Assembly: GCA_965227405.1 (NCBI GenBank)
Contig: OZ245758.1
Coordinates: forward strand, 2,804,338 to 2,868,337
Length of the DNA: 64,000 nt
Direction of reading: 5' to 3'
Source of the DNA: Polyangiales bacterium
GTDB lineage: Bacteria > Myxococcota_A > Polyangia > Polyangiales > Houyiibacteriaceae
The first letter of the stretch is position 1. Every line of letters starts with the position of its first letter. The position numbers and the translations under genes were made by a program. The notes under the pieces are model-generated. The model made no database searches, was not told the origin of the DNA, and saw nothing but the letters and a program-made list of their open reading frames with translations. Shown here piece by piece: positions 36,590-47,377 of this stretch.

Positions 36590-37420
36590 CTAGCAACCGC
36601 GCCACGCGAGTTCGCGGGCGATGTCCAGGTAGAGCTTGGGCGCGTCGAGCCCAGGTGCCCAGCCGACCTGCGCGTAGTGGTCGCCTTCGAGTTCGAAGAG
36701 CACTTCGCCCCAACGCATCGATTCCGTCGGCACCAGTCCGTCGCTGGGTCCGTGCTTTCGCAGCAACGCATACGTCGCCATCAGCACCGGGCTGAGTTTG
36801 GTCGCCGTGGTGGAGGTGACCACCGACGCGTAGAACACCCGCCCATCATCGATGATCTCGCGGTTGAACGTACGAGCCTGCTCGACCGTCAGGTCGTCTA
36901 GCGCGTCGAGCGTCATGCCAAGGCGTTTGGCGAGTCCGGCCACTCCGGTTCGCTTCACTGTCGACGCGGCGATCCCAGCCACCGGGGTTCCAAAGTGTGG
37001 TGTGCCGACGGTCACCAACGACGCGACGCGATCGCCAATGTGCAGCTCCTTGATCGCATAGCGCGCATCAAGCCCACCCATGCTGTGCGCGATGATGTTG
37101 ACCTTTTCACCCAGCTCGTCGACCGCTTTGGCCAACGCCTTGGCGCGTTCACGCGTACTGGCCGACATGGGAAGTCGAACGCGATGGACGGTCAATCCCG
37201 CTTGCTCTAGGTTTTCGCGAACACCGCGGAAGTACTCAATCCCGCCCACTGCATCGAAGCCGAATAGGCCGTGCACCAATACGATCGGATGCCGTGGCTT
37301 GTTGCGCCCAAGCTTCTTGCGAAGCGCACGTAGAAAACGCGCACGTCGAACTCGGCGCCAAAACCAAACTCCGAGCAGAGCGAGAAGGAGCAAACCGCTC
37401 CAGACGATCCACCGCTCCAA
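36590..37420 (-). CDS. Alpha/beta-hydrolase lipase (class 2 lipase-like), N-terminal TM anchor
   Basis: 'PIVLVHGLFGF' oxyanion region and 'IIAHSMGGLD' nucleophile elbow. N-terminal 'WIVWSGLLLLALLGVWFW'. Confidence 0.7.
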   Translation of the reverse strand: MERWIVWSGLLLLALLGVWFWRRVRRARFLRALRKKLGRNKPRHPIVLVHGLFGFDAVGGIEYFRGVRENLEQAGLTVHRVRLPMSASTRERAKALAKAVDELGEKVNIIAHSMGGLDARYAIKELHIGDRVASLVTVGTPHFGTPVAGIAASTVKRTGVAGLAKRLGMTLDALDDLTVEQARTFNREIIDDGRVFYASVVTSTTATKLSPVLMATYALLRKHGPSDGLVPTESMRWGEVLFELEGDHYAQVGWAPGLDAPKLYLDIARELAWRGC

Positions 37421-37423
37421 AGG

Positions 37424-38413
37424 CTATCCGTCGAACACCCGTTCGCGCAGCGTTTCGAGCGATTTCACCGGGAGATTGCGCATCTTTCCGTCGTCGATGA
37501 AGCGTCGAAGCAGCAGCTGAGTTTGGTCGCCCACCTTCGTGAAGTGGTAGCGGAGGTAGACCTCGAGATCGAGCGGAGCCACCCGCGGCGCAATCCGCGA
37601 TGCCCAACCCACGATGGTCGGTGTGACCCAACGCGTCGCGACAGGCTCCGAAAGTTCGGTCGTGGCTTCGGTGACCGCACGAGCCTCACGTGCGGCGTTC
37701 GCACCCAGAGTGGCCCACTCGCCCGACACCTTCGACAGCTTCCAACCGGCTCCCTGTAGTGCGGTGATGATCGGCATCAAGGTCGCAGTCCCGTGTGCTT
37801 GCAATGCGCGCGTGTCGTCGCTGACGCGTGCAGGACAACCACCGGCGTTGAGTGAACCCACGATGCTCTCCGCGTTGGCACCCGTAAACGGAGAGGTCTG
37901 CATCCAAAACGCAACACCGGGCTCGGGGACTTCGCGATCCACCAAAGGTGCCTGGTAGGCGATCATCGAAATCAATCCGTCGACGATGCGTGAGCGCGGA
38001 ACGTGTGGTGCCAGCAACGAGGGCACATGCGTTCCCGGTTGAAGGACGACCAAGGTGGCGCCCTTCAGGTTGCGCAGGAGCACGGGCAAGTCGTCGCGCA
38101 GTGCTTTCTCAAACGCGGTTGTCGACACGCACAACCACACTTGGTCGTAGCTGTGTTTGGAGGCTTCCTCCGCGCTGGTCAGGACTGCATCGGGCTTGAA
38201 CATCCGTGGTTCGCGACGAAAACGCCCGCGAATGGTGTACATCCGTAGTCCTGCGGCGCACTCTTCGGCGTACTTGGGTCGAACCAAGACTTCGACGTGT
38301 GCGCCACCTCGCTGGAGGTGATGCCCGTAGACCTGTCCAACCGCTCCCGCGCCCACGATCAACACGCGGAGCGGAGGCGCAGACATGCGTCCTCGTTGGT
38401 CGAGAGTGTTCAA
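37424..38413 (-). CDS. Ketopantoate reductase (ApbA/PanE) family oxidoreductase
   Basis: N-terminal Rossmann 'LRVLIVGAGAVGQVYGHHLQRGGAHVEVLVR'. Overall length and organisation match the PanE family. Confidence 0.55.
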   Translation of the reverse strand: MNTLDQRGRMSAPPLRVLIVGAGAVGQVYGHHLQRGGAHVEVLVRPKYAEECAAGLRMYTIRGRFRREPRMFKPDAVLTSAEEASKHSYDQVWLCVSTTAFEKALRDDLPVLLRNLKGATLVVLQPGTHVPSLLAPHVPRSRIVDGLISMIAYQAPLVDREVPEPGVAFWMQTSPFTGANAESIVGSLNAGGCPARVSDDTRALQAHGTATLMPIITALQGAGWKLSKVSGEWATLGANAAREARAVTEATTELSEPVATRWVTPTIVGWASRIAPRVAPLDLEVYLRYHFTKVGDQTQLLLRRFIDDGKMRNLPVKSLETLRERVFDG

Positions 38414-38416
38414 GAG

Positions 38417-39796
38417 TTAGTTACTGCCGCGAATGCCATAGCGCTTGGCCAACTCGCGAAGATGATAACGCGTCAGACCCGCGGCCTGTGCGCTTCGCGT
38501 GATGTTGTGGCCATGCTTATCCAAAAGGCTCTTCAGGTACGAGGCCTCAAACGAGTCCAGCACCTTCTGCTTCGCCTCCTTGAACGGAACATCGTCTTCG
38601 ACGAACTGCTCCGCGGTTCCACCCGGCAAAGGAAGCGCAGGGGTCTTTTGCGACGCCGGAAGCAAGTCACGCACACCAAGCTCGGTGCTATCGGCCAGTG
38701 ATGCCGCGCGTTCGATCGTGTTCTTGAGCTCGCGAATGTTGCCCGGCCACGGATAACTTTTGAGTCGCTTCATCGCGTCGTCGGTGAGCGTGAAGTTCTT
38801 GTCCTGGTCGTCGGGGTAGTTTCGACGCGCGAACTCTTCGAGAAACGCTTCGACCAAGAGCGGGATGTCTTCGGGACGCTCGCGCAAGGGCGGCAGCTCC
38901 ACCTGAACAACGCTCAAACGGTAGTAGAGGTCTTCTCGGAACGTGCCCTCGTTGACCATCTGACGCAGGTCTCGGTTGGTTGCCGCGACCACACGGCAGC
39001 TGACCGGAATCACTTTGTCGCCACCAACTCGCTTCACTTCGCGGTTCTCCAACACGCGCAGAAGCTTCGGCTGAAGCGCGAGATCGAGTTCACCGATCTC
39101 GTCGAGAAAGATCGTGCCGCCTTCGGCTTGTTCGAAGCTGCCCTTGTGGCGATCGGTTGCACCCGTAAACGCACCGCGCTCGTGTCCGAAGAGCGTGCTC
39201 TCGATCAGGTCCTTGGGGATCGCACTGCAGTCCTGAACTACAAGAGGTTGCGCCTGACGCGGCGACGCTTGGTGAATCGCGCGAGCGATCAGTTCCTTGC
39301 CGGTACCCGTTTCGCCGCGGACCAACACGGTCAAATCTGCGGCGGCCACCTTCTCCAACACCGCGAAGATCTCGCGCATCTTCACGCTCTTACCCACCAG
39401 GTCGAAGAAACGGTCTTCACCGGAGAGTTCGATCTCGACTTCGCCTTGTTGCGGTTCGAACTGAATGCGCGTCTGTCCAACCGAGAAAATCTTCCCCGGT
39501 GCGATCCACACCTCGCGGATCTTCAGTTCGCCGACCTTGGTGCCGTTGGTCGAATCCAGATCCTTGAGAAGGAAGCCCTTTTCGGTGGCAATCACTTCGC
39601 AGTGCGTGCCGGAGACTGCGTTGTCGGCAAGAACCAAGTCGCAGATGACTGAGCGTCCGATCGTCACGCGTTCGCGTTCGATCACCAGCTCTCGGCCTTT
39701 GTCCGGACCGTCGGTCACCAAGAGCTTCGCGCGTCGAAGCCGTCGTTTGGTGGCCTTCTTGTCCACGAAGATCGTGGTGAGACCCTTGTTCGTCAC
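38417..39796 (-). CDS. Sigma-54-dependent transcriptional activator with N-terminal FHA domain
   Basis: FHA ('[34 protein letters not shown]'), '[15 protein letters not shown]', '[15 protein letters not shown]', '[11 protein letters not shown]', C-terminal HTH. Confidence 0.9.
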   Translation of the reverse strand: MTNKGLTTIFVDKKATKRRLRRAKLLVTDGPDKGRELVIERERVTIGRSVICDLVLADNAVSGTHCEVIATEKGFLLKDLDSTNGTKVGELKIREVWIAPGKIFSVGQTRIQFEPQQGEVEIELSGEDRFFDLVGKSVKMREIFAVLEKVAAADLTVLVRGETGTGKELIARAIHQASPRQAQPLVVQDCSAIPKDLIESTLFGHERGAFTGATDRHKGSFEQAEGGTIFLDEIGELDLALQPKLLRVLENREVKRVGGDKVIPVSCRVVAATNRDLRQMVNEGTFREDLYYRLSVVQVELPPLRERPEDIPLLVEAFLEEFARRNYPDDQDKNFTLTDDAMKRLKSYPWPGNIRELKNTIERAASLADSTELGVRDLLPASQKTPALPLPGGTAEQFVEDDVPFKEAKQKVLDSFEASYLKSLLDKHGHNITRSAQAAGLTRYHLRELAKRYGIRGSN

Positions 39797-40449
39797 GCTG
39801 CTACCTCGTCGTTTCGAAGCTGGGAAATCGCCTGGGCGTAATCATCGGTTCGGAACACTGCGCTTCCCGCAACCAGAACGTCGGCTCCCGCCTGTACCAC
39901 CTGTGCTGCAGTTCCGGGGCGAATACCGCCATCCACTTCCAGATCGATGGTGTGTCCCGACGCATCGATCATGGAACGTATGGACTCGATCTTGGGGAGA
40001 ACGTCCGGCAGAAAACTCTGGCCGCCGAATCCAGGATTCACACTCATGACCAACACGAGGTCCACGTAGGGCAGCACGTACTGCAACACGCTCTCGTGGG
40101 TATGAGGATTGAGACTGACCCCTGCGCGCTTTCCGCACTCGCGAATTTGCGTCAGCGTGCGTTGCAGGTGCGTGCACGCCTCTGCGTGGACAGTGATCAC
40201 ATCTGCACCCGCGTCGGCGTATGCGTCGATGTAGCGCTCCGGTTCCACGATCATCAGGTGCACATCCACCGTTTTGGTGGCCGCCCGTGCAGCCGCCTTC
40301 ACGACAGGTGGGCCGATCGTGAGGTTGGGAACGAAGCGGCCATCCATGACGTCGACGTGGATCCAGTCGGCTCCAGCCGCCTCAACGGCTCGGATCTCGT
40401 CCGCCAGGCGCCCAAAATCTGCAGACAGGATGGACGGCGCAATGCGCAC
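39793..40449 (-). CDS. rpe: Ribulose-phosphate 3-epimerase
   Basis: 'RIAPSILSADFGRLADEI..AGADWIHVDVMDGRFVPNLTIGP...VHLMIVEP...SVNPGFGGQSF'. GTG start at 40447-40449; the upstream ORF extension is probably not translated. Confidence 0.85.
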   Translation of the reverse strand: MRIAPSILSADFGRLADEIRAVEAAGADWIHVDVMDGRFVPNLTIGPPVVKAAARAATKTVDVHLMIVEPERYIDAYADAGADVITVHAEACTHLQRTLTQIRECGKRAGVSLNPHTHESVLQYVLPYVDLVLVMSVNPGFGGQSFLPDVLPKIESIRSMIDASGHTIDLEVDGGIRPGTAAQVVQAGADVLVAGSAVFRTDDYAQAISQLRNDEVAA

Positions 40450-40594
40450 GGGACGGGGAGGCACGGATGGAGGAAAGCCCCCCGGCCGAAAACTGTCAAT
40501 GCCCGCTTCCTTGACGCCTACTAGCACCAGACCGACAATCCTCCGCGGAGAGTCGTACTCTCCCGCCCCACCCATTCGGGATGGGTCCTCTCTC

Positions 40595-42115
40595 ATGGCA
40601 GAGCAGCGATATCGCGTGACCCAGCGCCTCGAAGCCGGAGGCATGGCTGAGGTCTTCATCGGGGAAGCGCTGAGTGTTCAGGGCTTCAAGAAGCGCGTTG
40701 CGATCAAACGCGTGCTGCCGCACCTCGCGCAGAACAAGAACTTCATTGGCATGTTTCTAGATGAGGCCCGATTGGGGGCCCGTCTGAACCACGCCAACAT
40801 CGTGTCGGTCTTCGACATCGGTGCAGCCGACGGCACCTACTTCATCGTCATGGAGTTCGTCGATGGCTGCAATCTGAAGAAGATCATCGAGGTGCTCCGC
40901 CACCAAGGGCAGAGCTTCCCCATGAAGGAAGCGGTGTACCTGTGCACCGAAGCGGCGCGTGGTCTGAGCTACGCGCACGAGCTTCCGGACGAAGAAGGTG
41001 GCGACCTCAACTTGGTTCACCGCGATGTCTCGCCGCCCAACATTTTGATCTCCAAGCGTGGCGAGGTGAAGGTCACCGACTTTGGTCTCGCCAAGGCGAC
41101 CACGCAGCTGGAGAAAACCGACCCGGGTGTGGTGAAGGGTAAGTTCAGTTACCTGGCGCCTGAAGCTGCTCTCGGTGAGCCGGTGGATGCACGCGCCGAC
41201 ATCTTCGCGCTCGGCATTGTGTTGTGGGAGATGCTGGCGGGTCGTCGCTTGTTCTTGGGCGAGACCGACTACCAAACCGTGAAGTTGGTGCAGCAGGCGC
41301 AGGTTCCGAGCCTCACGCAGATCAACCCTGAAGTAGATGAGGAATTCGAGGCGTTGCTACGCAAGTCGCTCGCTCGAAACCCCAACGATCGCTACCAAAC
41401 CGCGGCGGAGTTTGGCGAAGCGTTGATGGGCTACCTCTTCCAACACCAGATGAAGGTGACCAGCTACGACATGGCGCGGCTGGTCAAGCGCACGCTTGCG
41501 GACAAGACCGCCAAGCCCGGCACGCCGCAGCAGTCGATCATTGACAAGCTGATCCAGGAAGAGCTTCTTCGGTTTACGTCCTTGGACGACATGGATGCTG
41601 GCGCCGATGCCGGTGAAGGTGCGACGCCGCTTTCGCCGGATGTGTTGGGTGGAGCAGCACCGCTCTTGGGGTCGGATTTCGAGAACCCTGCCGATTGGTT
41701 TAGCGACGACGAAGAAGTCGGTGCTGCGCTCGATGCCGCAACCGGTGGCGACTCGGGCGCACCCGGTTGGGTCGAGTCAGGGGTTGAAGGACTCGCGTCG
41801 CTCGAGGACAGCAACTCGTTGCCTCCCGGAGAGCTCGCTGGTCTTGAAGACGATCCATTCCCGATTGGTGGTGCGGACCTTCAGGCGCCGCCCGTTCCCG
41901 ACATTCAGTTCGCGCCTGATCCCGAACCGCAAGACGATCCGCTCGATCACTTGGTTCCGGATCCCCAGGCCGAACCTCCGCGTGCGCCCCAACTCGACAA
42001 CGAACCTCAGCCCGTGCCCCAAAAGAAGGGTCGTGGCGGACTGATCTTTTTCTTGTTGTTGTTGCTCGCCGGTGGTGGCGGAGCTGCGTACTACTTCCTG
42101 GTTCTGCAGGGCTAG
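40595..42115 (+). CDS. STPK-like protein with atypical catalytic loop (HRDVSPPN), acidic/Pro-rich tail and C-terminal TM
   Basis: 'LEAGGMAEVF', 'VAIKRV', 'HRDVSPPNILI' (catalytic Lys replaced by Ser), 'DFGLA', 'YLAPE'. Ends 'GLIFFLLLLLAGGGGAAYYFLVL'. Confidence 0.8.
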   Translation: MAEQRYRVTQRLEAGGMAEVFIGEALSVQGFKKRVAIKRVLPHLAQNKNFIGMFLDEARLGARLNHANIVSVFDIGAADGTYFIVMEFVDGCNLKKIIEVLRHQGQSFPMKEAVYLCTEAARGLSYAHELPDEEGGDLNLVHRDVSPPNILISKRGEVKVTDFGLAKATTQLEKTDPGVVKGKFSYLAPEAALGEPVDARADIFALGIVLWEMLAGRRLFLGETDYQTVKLVQQAQVPSLTQINPEVDEEFEALLRKSLARNPNDRYQTAAEFGEALMGYLFQHQMKVTSYDMARLVKRTLADKTAKPGTPQQSIIDKLIQEELLRFTSLDDMDAGADAGEGATPLSPDVLGGAAPLLGSDFENPADWFSDDEEVGAALDAATGGDSGAPGWVESGVEGLASLEDSNSLPPGELAGLEDDPFPIGGADLQAPPVPDIQFAPDPEPQDDPLDHLVPDPQAEPPRAPQLDNEPQPVPQKKGRGGLIFFLLLLLAGGGGAAYYFLVLQG

Positions 42116-42120
42116 ACGGC

Positions 42121-45100
42121 CTAGTTGCAGCGACCGCGGACGGCGCGTGCGTCGGCAGCGTCGATTCCGCTTGGGGCGGCTTCCAAGTAACGACGCGCAA
42201 AATCGCAACGATCGGGATTGCCTCGGTCCAGCAAGGTGAGCTGCCCAAGCACCTCGGGGATCGGGTGCCGACCCTCGAGTGCACGACGTAGCGAGGTCAC
42301 CGGAGAACGACCCTCAGCGTCATCGAGAAGCGCGTTGAGAAGATGACCCAGCGTGCACCGATCGTCCTTGGCGATGGCTTGTTGGGCGAGTTCACGTGCC
42401 TGACGCAAGTTGTTCGCCTCGTACAAGATTCGTCCACGCGTGGCGATCACGCGCGCTTCGTACTGCGGACCCAAGCTTTGACGTTCGACGATCTGTTGAG
42501 CTGCGGCAGCGGCTTCGCCTGCATCGTTGAGGTCGCCCTGACGAGTATGAACCGTGGCAAGAGCAAGCTGCGCTTCGATCTGGTTTGAGTCCACACGGAT
42601 GGCGCGTTGCAACGCGGTCTTGGCGTTCCGATCGGATTCCGCTTGAGCGAGGGCAACACCATACGCCGTCAACACGATCGGATCGTTGGAGTTCAACCGG
42701 AACCGACGACGACGACCGCGGCCCGCAAAGCGCCCCGCGAGTCGACGCAGCTTCACGACGGCTTCGGCTCCGGCGCCCTGAAGGACGAGAAGTCGGCCTT
42801 CGAGCAGACGCAGCGCGTTGCCTTCCACACCGGCTTCGCGTGCGCGAGCAACAGCACCGTTGGCGCCTTCCACGTCGGTTGCTGCAAGGGCGATCTCCGC
42901 GGTGCCCATCAGCGCCATTCGGTTGCGCGCGTCTACGTTGAGCGCTCGCTCGAAGGCCTGACCCGCGCGCGCGGAATCACCGGCGCGGCGTGCTGCCTCA
43001 CCGAGCGTTGCGAGGAACACGGCGTCTTGTCCGAACTGCGCTTCGAGCGATGTCAGCGTGGTGAGTGCGGACTGCGCTTCGCCACGCGCCAAATCGACGC
43101 GCGCACCGACCACCAAGAGGCGCGGCGAATCGAGCCCTCGGGTGCGTGCGTTTTCAAGCAACGCCACTGCCGCGTCCAAATCGGGTTTGGCGACGTACGC
43201 TTCGGCGAGCAACGAAACCACATCGAGATTCGTGGGTGCGCGTTCGACTGCGGCTTCCAGGTGCGTGATCGCGACTGGCGCGTCACCAGCACGAAGCGCC
43301 ATCCCACCCAGTCGGGTTTTCGAAGCCACAAACCGACCCGCATCTTGCGCAGCCGTGGTGTAGAACGCTTCGGCTTCCTCGCGGCGGCCTTGTTCTTCGG
43401 CAAGTCGTCCGCGCAGGTATTGCGTTTGTGGAGACTCGCCCGCGCTGTCGAGGATGCGAGCCACTTCAGCCAGGTCACGAACTGCCAACTGAACCTCGGC
43501 TTGCACCAACACTCGAGCTTCGGCGCGTGCAGGCTTCTCCGGCAGTAGGCGCAGTGCGTTGGCGGCGCGATCGAACGCGCCTAGTTCGCGGTACAGCGTG
43601 GCGAGTCGCAACACAAAACGCTCGTCGCCTCGCGGTCGCGTGGCTTCGGACGATGCGGCGACTTCGATCGCGTCGCGCTGACCATCACGTGCACGAGCCT
43701 CTGCATTGAGCAGCAGCGCCCATGACCGCTGATGGGGCGATGCTCGCGAAAGCAGTTCGGTGTCCATCAGTGCGGTGGTCGTCGACAAGAACACCGAGTC
43801 GCTGCCAAACCGATTGACCTGCGCCAACGCAAGCGCTCGAACAGGCGACGCCTCGGGGAAAGGCTCAAGCAACGCGCCGGCTTGGTCGACTTGCCCCTGT
43901 TCCGCTCGGATGCGGGCAAGCAGACCGGTGTAGCGAGCTGCAGGCTCGAGGTTGTTGAGCAGATCGGCAGCAGGTCCGAGCTCGCCCTGTGCGTAGTAGA
44001 CAAGCGCTTTGGCGTAGGCGAGCTCACCACCGAGAGGTTGCACACGATCGGCGAGAATGTTCGCGCGCTCCACGTCGCCAGCTTCGAGAGCGAGATAGAT
44101 TTGCGCCGCGACTTGATCGGCTTGGTTGGTGTTTTCTTCGCCTTCCAACTGCGTGAGCAAATTCGCCGCGAGCTGGCGCGCAGTCGTCTGCGAGTCGTCG
44201 TTTTCATAGCCGTGCTCGAGCACCGCCATCGCATACAAGCGAGCGCGACGCGCAACGGCTTCGGGATCATCGCTGTTTTCTTCGGCGTCGAGTTCGTTGG
44301 CCGTTTCGACGGAGGCGACAAGTCCGTCGCTGGACGCTTGATCCACCGCGGCTTGAATCGCGGTTTCGGCTTGTGACGACGACCACACTTTCACCATCAC
44401 GATCAAGAGCGCAACGATGAGCACGGGAATGCCGGCGAGAGCGATACGTCCGGCAAGCGGTAGCTCACCGACGCGATCGATCATGGGGACTTTGTCACGA
44501 ACCTCGGCGATGCGGTTCGCGAGTGTCTTCTTACGCGGCTTCTTCTTTGCGGGCGGCGGTTGTGGCGGTTTGGTTGGTGCTGCGCTGGGCGCGAAACCCG
44601 TCGGCACCTTGCCGGTTGTCGGTCGTCCGACCTGTTGTGCCGGGCGCGGAGCACTGACATCACGCGCGACGGTGGCTTCACCCGCAAGTGGCGGCAGTGG
44701 TGGCAGCCCCGTGTCGACCACGTCGTCGGGGAACTCCGCCACGATCGGACGTGCCGTCGTTGTTGCGAGATCTTCGACCGAGTCGCTGTCTTTGATCTTG
44801 CTGGGACGCGCACCATGCGTGTCTTCGAAGTCCATCTCCGCACGGTCGCGAGCCATTGTTGGCATGTCGTCGAACGAGTCGTCTTCGATCGCTGCAGGTC
44901 GCGCGTGGGTGGGTTCGCCTTCGAGTTCGTCCGGATAGGCCTCGAAGGGATTCGGGTTGCCGGGAGGCGCAGGCATCGGAACGGCCGGCGCAGGCATCGG
45001 AACGGCCGGCGCAGGCATCGGCGGACGTGCCTTGGCTTGGCGCGTCGCCTCGTCGGTGAACTCTTCGAGATCCGCCCCGGTCGATGAACGCGCAACCGTC

Positions 45101-46167
45101 GCTTCGCCCTCCAAGGGCGGCAGTCCTTCGGCGAGATCTTCGTAGGGATCAATTTCGCCAAGCGCCAAATCGCTCGCACTGAGTTCCGAGGTGCCGTCGG
45201 TCTCGATCAGCGACAGTTCCTGCGTCGACAGGTTGTCGGTGGCTCCGTCGAGGATTCCGGCCGGCGCTAAGTCCGAGGCCTGAAGCTCGGTCGTGCTGTC
45301 TTTCTTGAGCACGTCTTCAGCCACGAGCTCAAGCGCAGACGAATCGAGCTCGCCGGTCTCGTCCTCTTGCAAGGGTGTCGGCGAAGGCGTGGGAAGTGCG
45401 GCAGGCATCCCCAGCATCGTGCGTTTGGGACCACGCTTTACGCGTGTCGCGGCAGCGGGGATTTCACCCGAAGGTGGCGGCAGTGCTTGCTCGGGTAGCT
45501 TGGCGGGCGGAGGCGCGCTCGGAATGCGTGCCTTGGGTGGCGGTGCAACGGGCGGTGCAGCTGCGGGAGGTGCGATCGCACCCATTCCCATCATGGTCGC
45601 CTTGGGCGTTCGAACCTTCTTCTTGGCGACGTGTTCTTTGGATGCTTCGCGTTCGAACTCGGGATCCAGCTGAATCGTCGGTGAGTGATCCGTCGAAGGT
45701 TGCGTCGCGGGCGGCGACTCTTGGCTGGATGGCGGAGCCATCGGCGTTTCGACCGTGGCAGGTTCGTTGGTGAACCAACGATCGATGGTCTCGGGAGGCG
45801 GCGTTTCTTCCACCTCGTCGAGTTCGTCCATCAGATCGGTCGCGTCTTCATCCGCGGCGTCGAGTTGCAGTGCGCGCTTCAGCGCATTCTCGGCGGCTTC
45901 CTTCTCACCTCCGCGCATGTACGCTTCAGCAAGCAGTCGGTGCGCCGCAGCCACGTCGGGCTGTTTGCGGGTCAGGGCCTGCATCTCGATGCGGACCTCG
46001 TCGTGGCGGTTGAGTGCCAGCAGCGCCTGCGCCAGTAGCAGACGCACCGAGACCTCGTTTGGCTTCGAAAGCAGGACCCGTCGGCAAGCGCGTACTGCCT
46101 CCTGGTACTTGCGTTCGGAGATCAGCTGCTTGGCACGGGCAGCGACATCCTGGACGTTCGTGCCCAC
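42121..46167 (-). CDS. Large TPR-repeat protein with central low-complexity Pro/Ala region and TM segment
   Basis: N-terminal and C-terminal TPR-like helical repeats. '(PMPAPAV)x3' encoded by a 21-bp tandem repeat. Hydrophobic 'IALAGIPVLIVALLIVMV'. Confidence 0.7.
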   Translation of the reverse strand: MGTNVQDVAARAKQLISERKYQEAVRACRRVLLSKPNEVSVRLLLAQALLALNRHDEVRIEMQALTRKQPDVAAAHRLLAEAYMRGGEKEAAENALKRALQLDAADEDATDLMDELDEVEETPPPETIDRWFTNEPATVETPMAPPSSQESPPATQPSTDHSPTIQLDPEFEREASKEHVAKKKVRTPKATMMGMGAIAPPAAAPPVAPPPKARIPSAPPPAKLPEQALPPPSGEIPAAATRVKRGPKRTMLGMPAALPTPSPTPLQEDETGELDSSALELVAEDVLKKDSTTELQASDLAPAGILDGATDNLSTQELSLIETDGTSELSASDLALGEIDPYEDLAEGLPPLEGEATVARSSTGADLEEFTDEATRQAKARPPMPAPAVPMPAPAVPMPAPPGNPNPFEAYPDELEGEPTHARPAAIEDDSFDDMPTMARDRAEMDFEDTHGARPSKIKDSDSVEDLATTTARPIVAEFPDDVVDTGLPPLPPLAGEATVARDVSAPRPAQQVGRPTTGKVPTGFAPSAAPTKPPQPPPAKKKPRKKTLANRIAEVRDKVPMIDRVGELPLAGRIALAGIPVLIVALLIVMVKVWSSSQAETAIQAAVDQASSDGLVASVETANELDAEENSDDPEAVARRARLYAMAVLEHGYENDDSQTTARQLAANLLTQLEGEENTNQADQVAAQIYLALEAGDVERANILADRVQPLGGELAYAKALVYYAQGELGPAADLLNNLEPAARYTGLLARIRAEQGQVDQAGALLEPFPEASPVRALALAQVNRFGSDSVFLSTTTALMDTELLSRASPHQRSWALLLNAEARARDGQRDAIEVAASSEATRPRGDERFVLRLATLYRELGAFDRAANALRLLPEKPARAEARVLVQAEVQLAVRDLAEVARILDSAGESPQTQYLRGRLAEEQGRREEAEAFYTTAAQDAGRFVASKTRLGGMALRAGDAPVAITHLEAAVERAPTNLDVVSLLAEAYVAKPDLDAAVALLENARTRGLDSPRLLVVGARVDLARGEAQSALTTLTSLEAQFGQDAVFLATLGEAARRAGDSARAGQAFERALNVDARNRMALMGTAEIALAATDVEGANGAVARAREAGVEGNALRLLEGRLLVLQGAGAEAVVKLRRLAGRFAGRGRRRRFRLNSNDPIVLTAYGVALAQAESDRNAKTALQRAIRVDSNQIEAQLALATVHTRQGDLNDAGEAAAAAQQIVERQSLGPQYEARVIATRGRILYEANNLRQARELAQQAIAKDDRCTLGHLLNALLDDAEGRSPVTSLRRALEGRHPIPEVLGQLTLLDRGNPDRCDFARRYLEAAPSGIDAADARAVRGRCN

Positions 46168-46206
46168 TGCTAGCGGAAGGGTAATCCCCTCAAATGGAAA
46201 CCTGAA

Positions 46207-47364
46207 GTGCTATTCAGGGCTGTGCTCTCGGACACCAGCGTGTACGTGCACTTTCCCTGGTGTGCGCGGAAGTGCCCGTATTGCGACTTTGCGACGCGAG
46301 GCGTCGATCCGAGCACCATCCCCCACCAGCGGTACACCGAAGCGCTCAAAGCCGAGCTGGAGGGGCACTGGCCTGCTTTGGTGGGTCGTCGTCTGTTCAG
46401 CGTGTTCTTTGGTGGAGGAACGCCCTCGCTTTGGGATCCCAACATGATTGGGGAGGCGCTCGCAGCTATCCGTCAGCGTTTCGATGTCGAGGTGGACGAC
46501 CTCGAGGTGACGGTCGAAGCGAACCCGAACTCGTTGCGCCGAGAGTTTCTCGAGCGCTTGTGTGCGCAAGGTGTGAACCGCGTCAGTATTGGGACTCAGT
46601 CGCTTCGGGATGGGCACTTGAAGTTTCTCGGTCGTTTGCACAATCGCGACGAAGCGTTGCACGCCATCCAGACCGCAGTTGAGATCATGCCGCGGTCGAG
46701 TGCGGACCTCATGTTTGGGATGCCCGGGCAAACCGTCGAGTCCCTCGAGCGAGATGTGCACGAGTTGATCGCGACCGGACTGCGCCACGTTTCTGCCTAC
46801 GCGTTGACGATTGAACCTGGAACGCAGTTCGGCGAACTGCATCGACTGGGAAAGCTTCGGGTGTCGGACGAAGACACCTACGCGGATCTCTACGAAACCG
46901 TCGAGCGGGTCATGCAGAGTCACGACCTCGAGCACTACGAAGTCTCGAACTACGCAGTGCGCGGAGAAGCGAGCCGACACAATCAGCACTACTGGAGAGG
47001 CGGTGCGTACCTCGGACTCGGTGCAGCGGCTGTCGGGTGTCTTTCGATCGCGGAGGGTGCGTCGTACCGGTATCGCAACGTTCCCGACCCAGAAAAGTAC
47101 ATGTCCGGTTGCCCGCCCGAAGAGACCGAAGAGCTGGATGGTGCCGCGCTGGTGCGCGAGGGATTGATGCTTGGGTTGAGAACCGCCGAAGGCGTGGACG
47201 TTGAAGCGTTAAGCAAGCGAGCCGGAGTCGACTGGCGTCAGGGCCGAGAGCGCGAACTCGATGAAGCGCTTCAGAGCGGAGATGTTGTCTTGGAGGGCGC
47301 GACGCTGCGTGTACCGCACGCGAAGTGGCTCTTGTTAGACGGAATCGTCGCAGCGCTGTTCTGA
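46207..47364 (+). CDS. hemW: Radical-SAM heme chaperone HemW (HemN-like, oxygen-independent coproporphyrinogen-III oxidase family)
   Basis: 'YVHFPWCARKCPYCDF' CxxxCxxC radical-SAM motif, 'FFGGGTPS', HemN C-terminal domain. Confidence 0.85.
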   Translation: MLFRAVLSDTSVYVHFPWCARKCPYCDFATRGVDPSTIPHQRYTEALKAELEGHWPALVGRRLFSVFFGGGTPSLWDPNMIGEALAAIRQRFDVEVDDLEVTVEANPNSLRREFLERLCAQGVNRVSIGTQSLRDGHLKFLGRLHNRDEALHAIQTAVEIMPRSSADLMFGMPGQTVESLERDVHELIATGLRHVSAYALTIEPGTQFGELHRLGKLRVSDEDTYADLYETVERVMQSHDLEHYEVSNYAVRGEASRHNQHYWRGGAYLGLGAAAVGCLSIAEGASYRYRNVPDPEKYMSGCPPEETEELDGAALVREGLMLGLRTAEGVDVEALSKRAGVDWRQGRERELDEALQSGDVVLEGATLRVPHAKWLLLDGIVAALF

Positions 47365-47377
47365 GGAACGTCCGCGG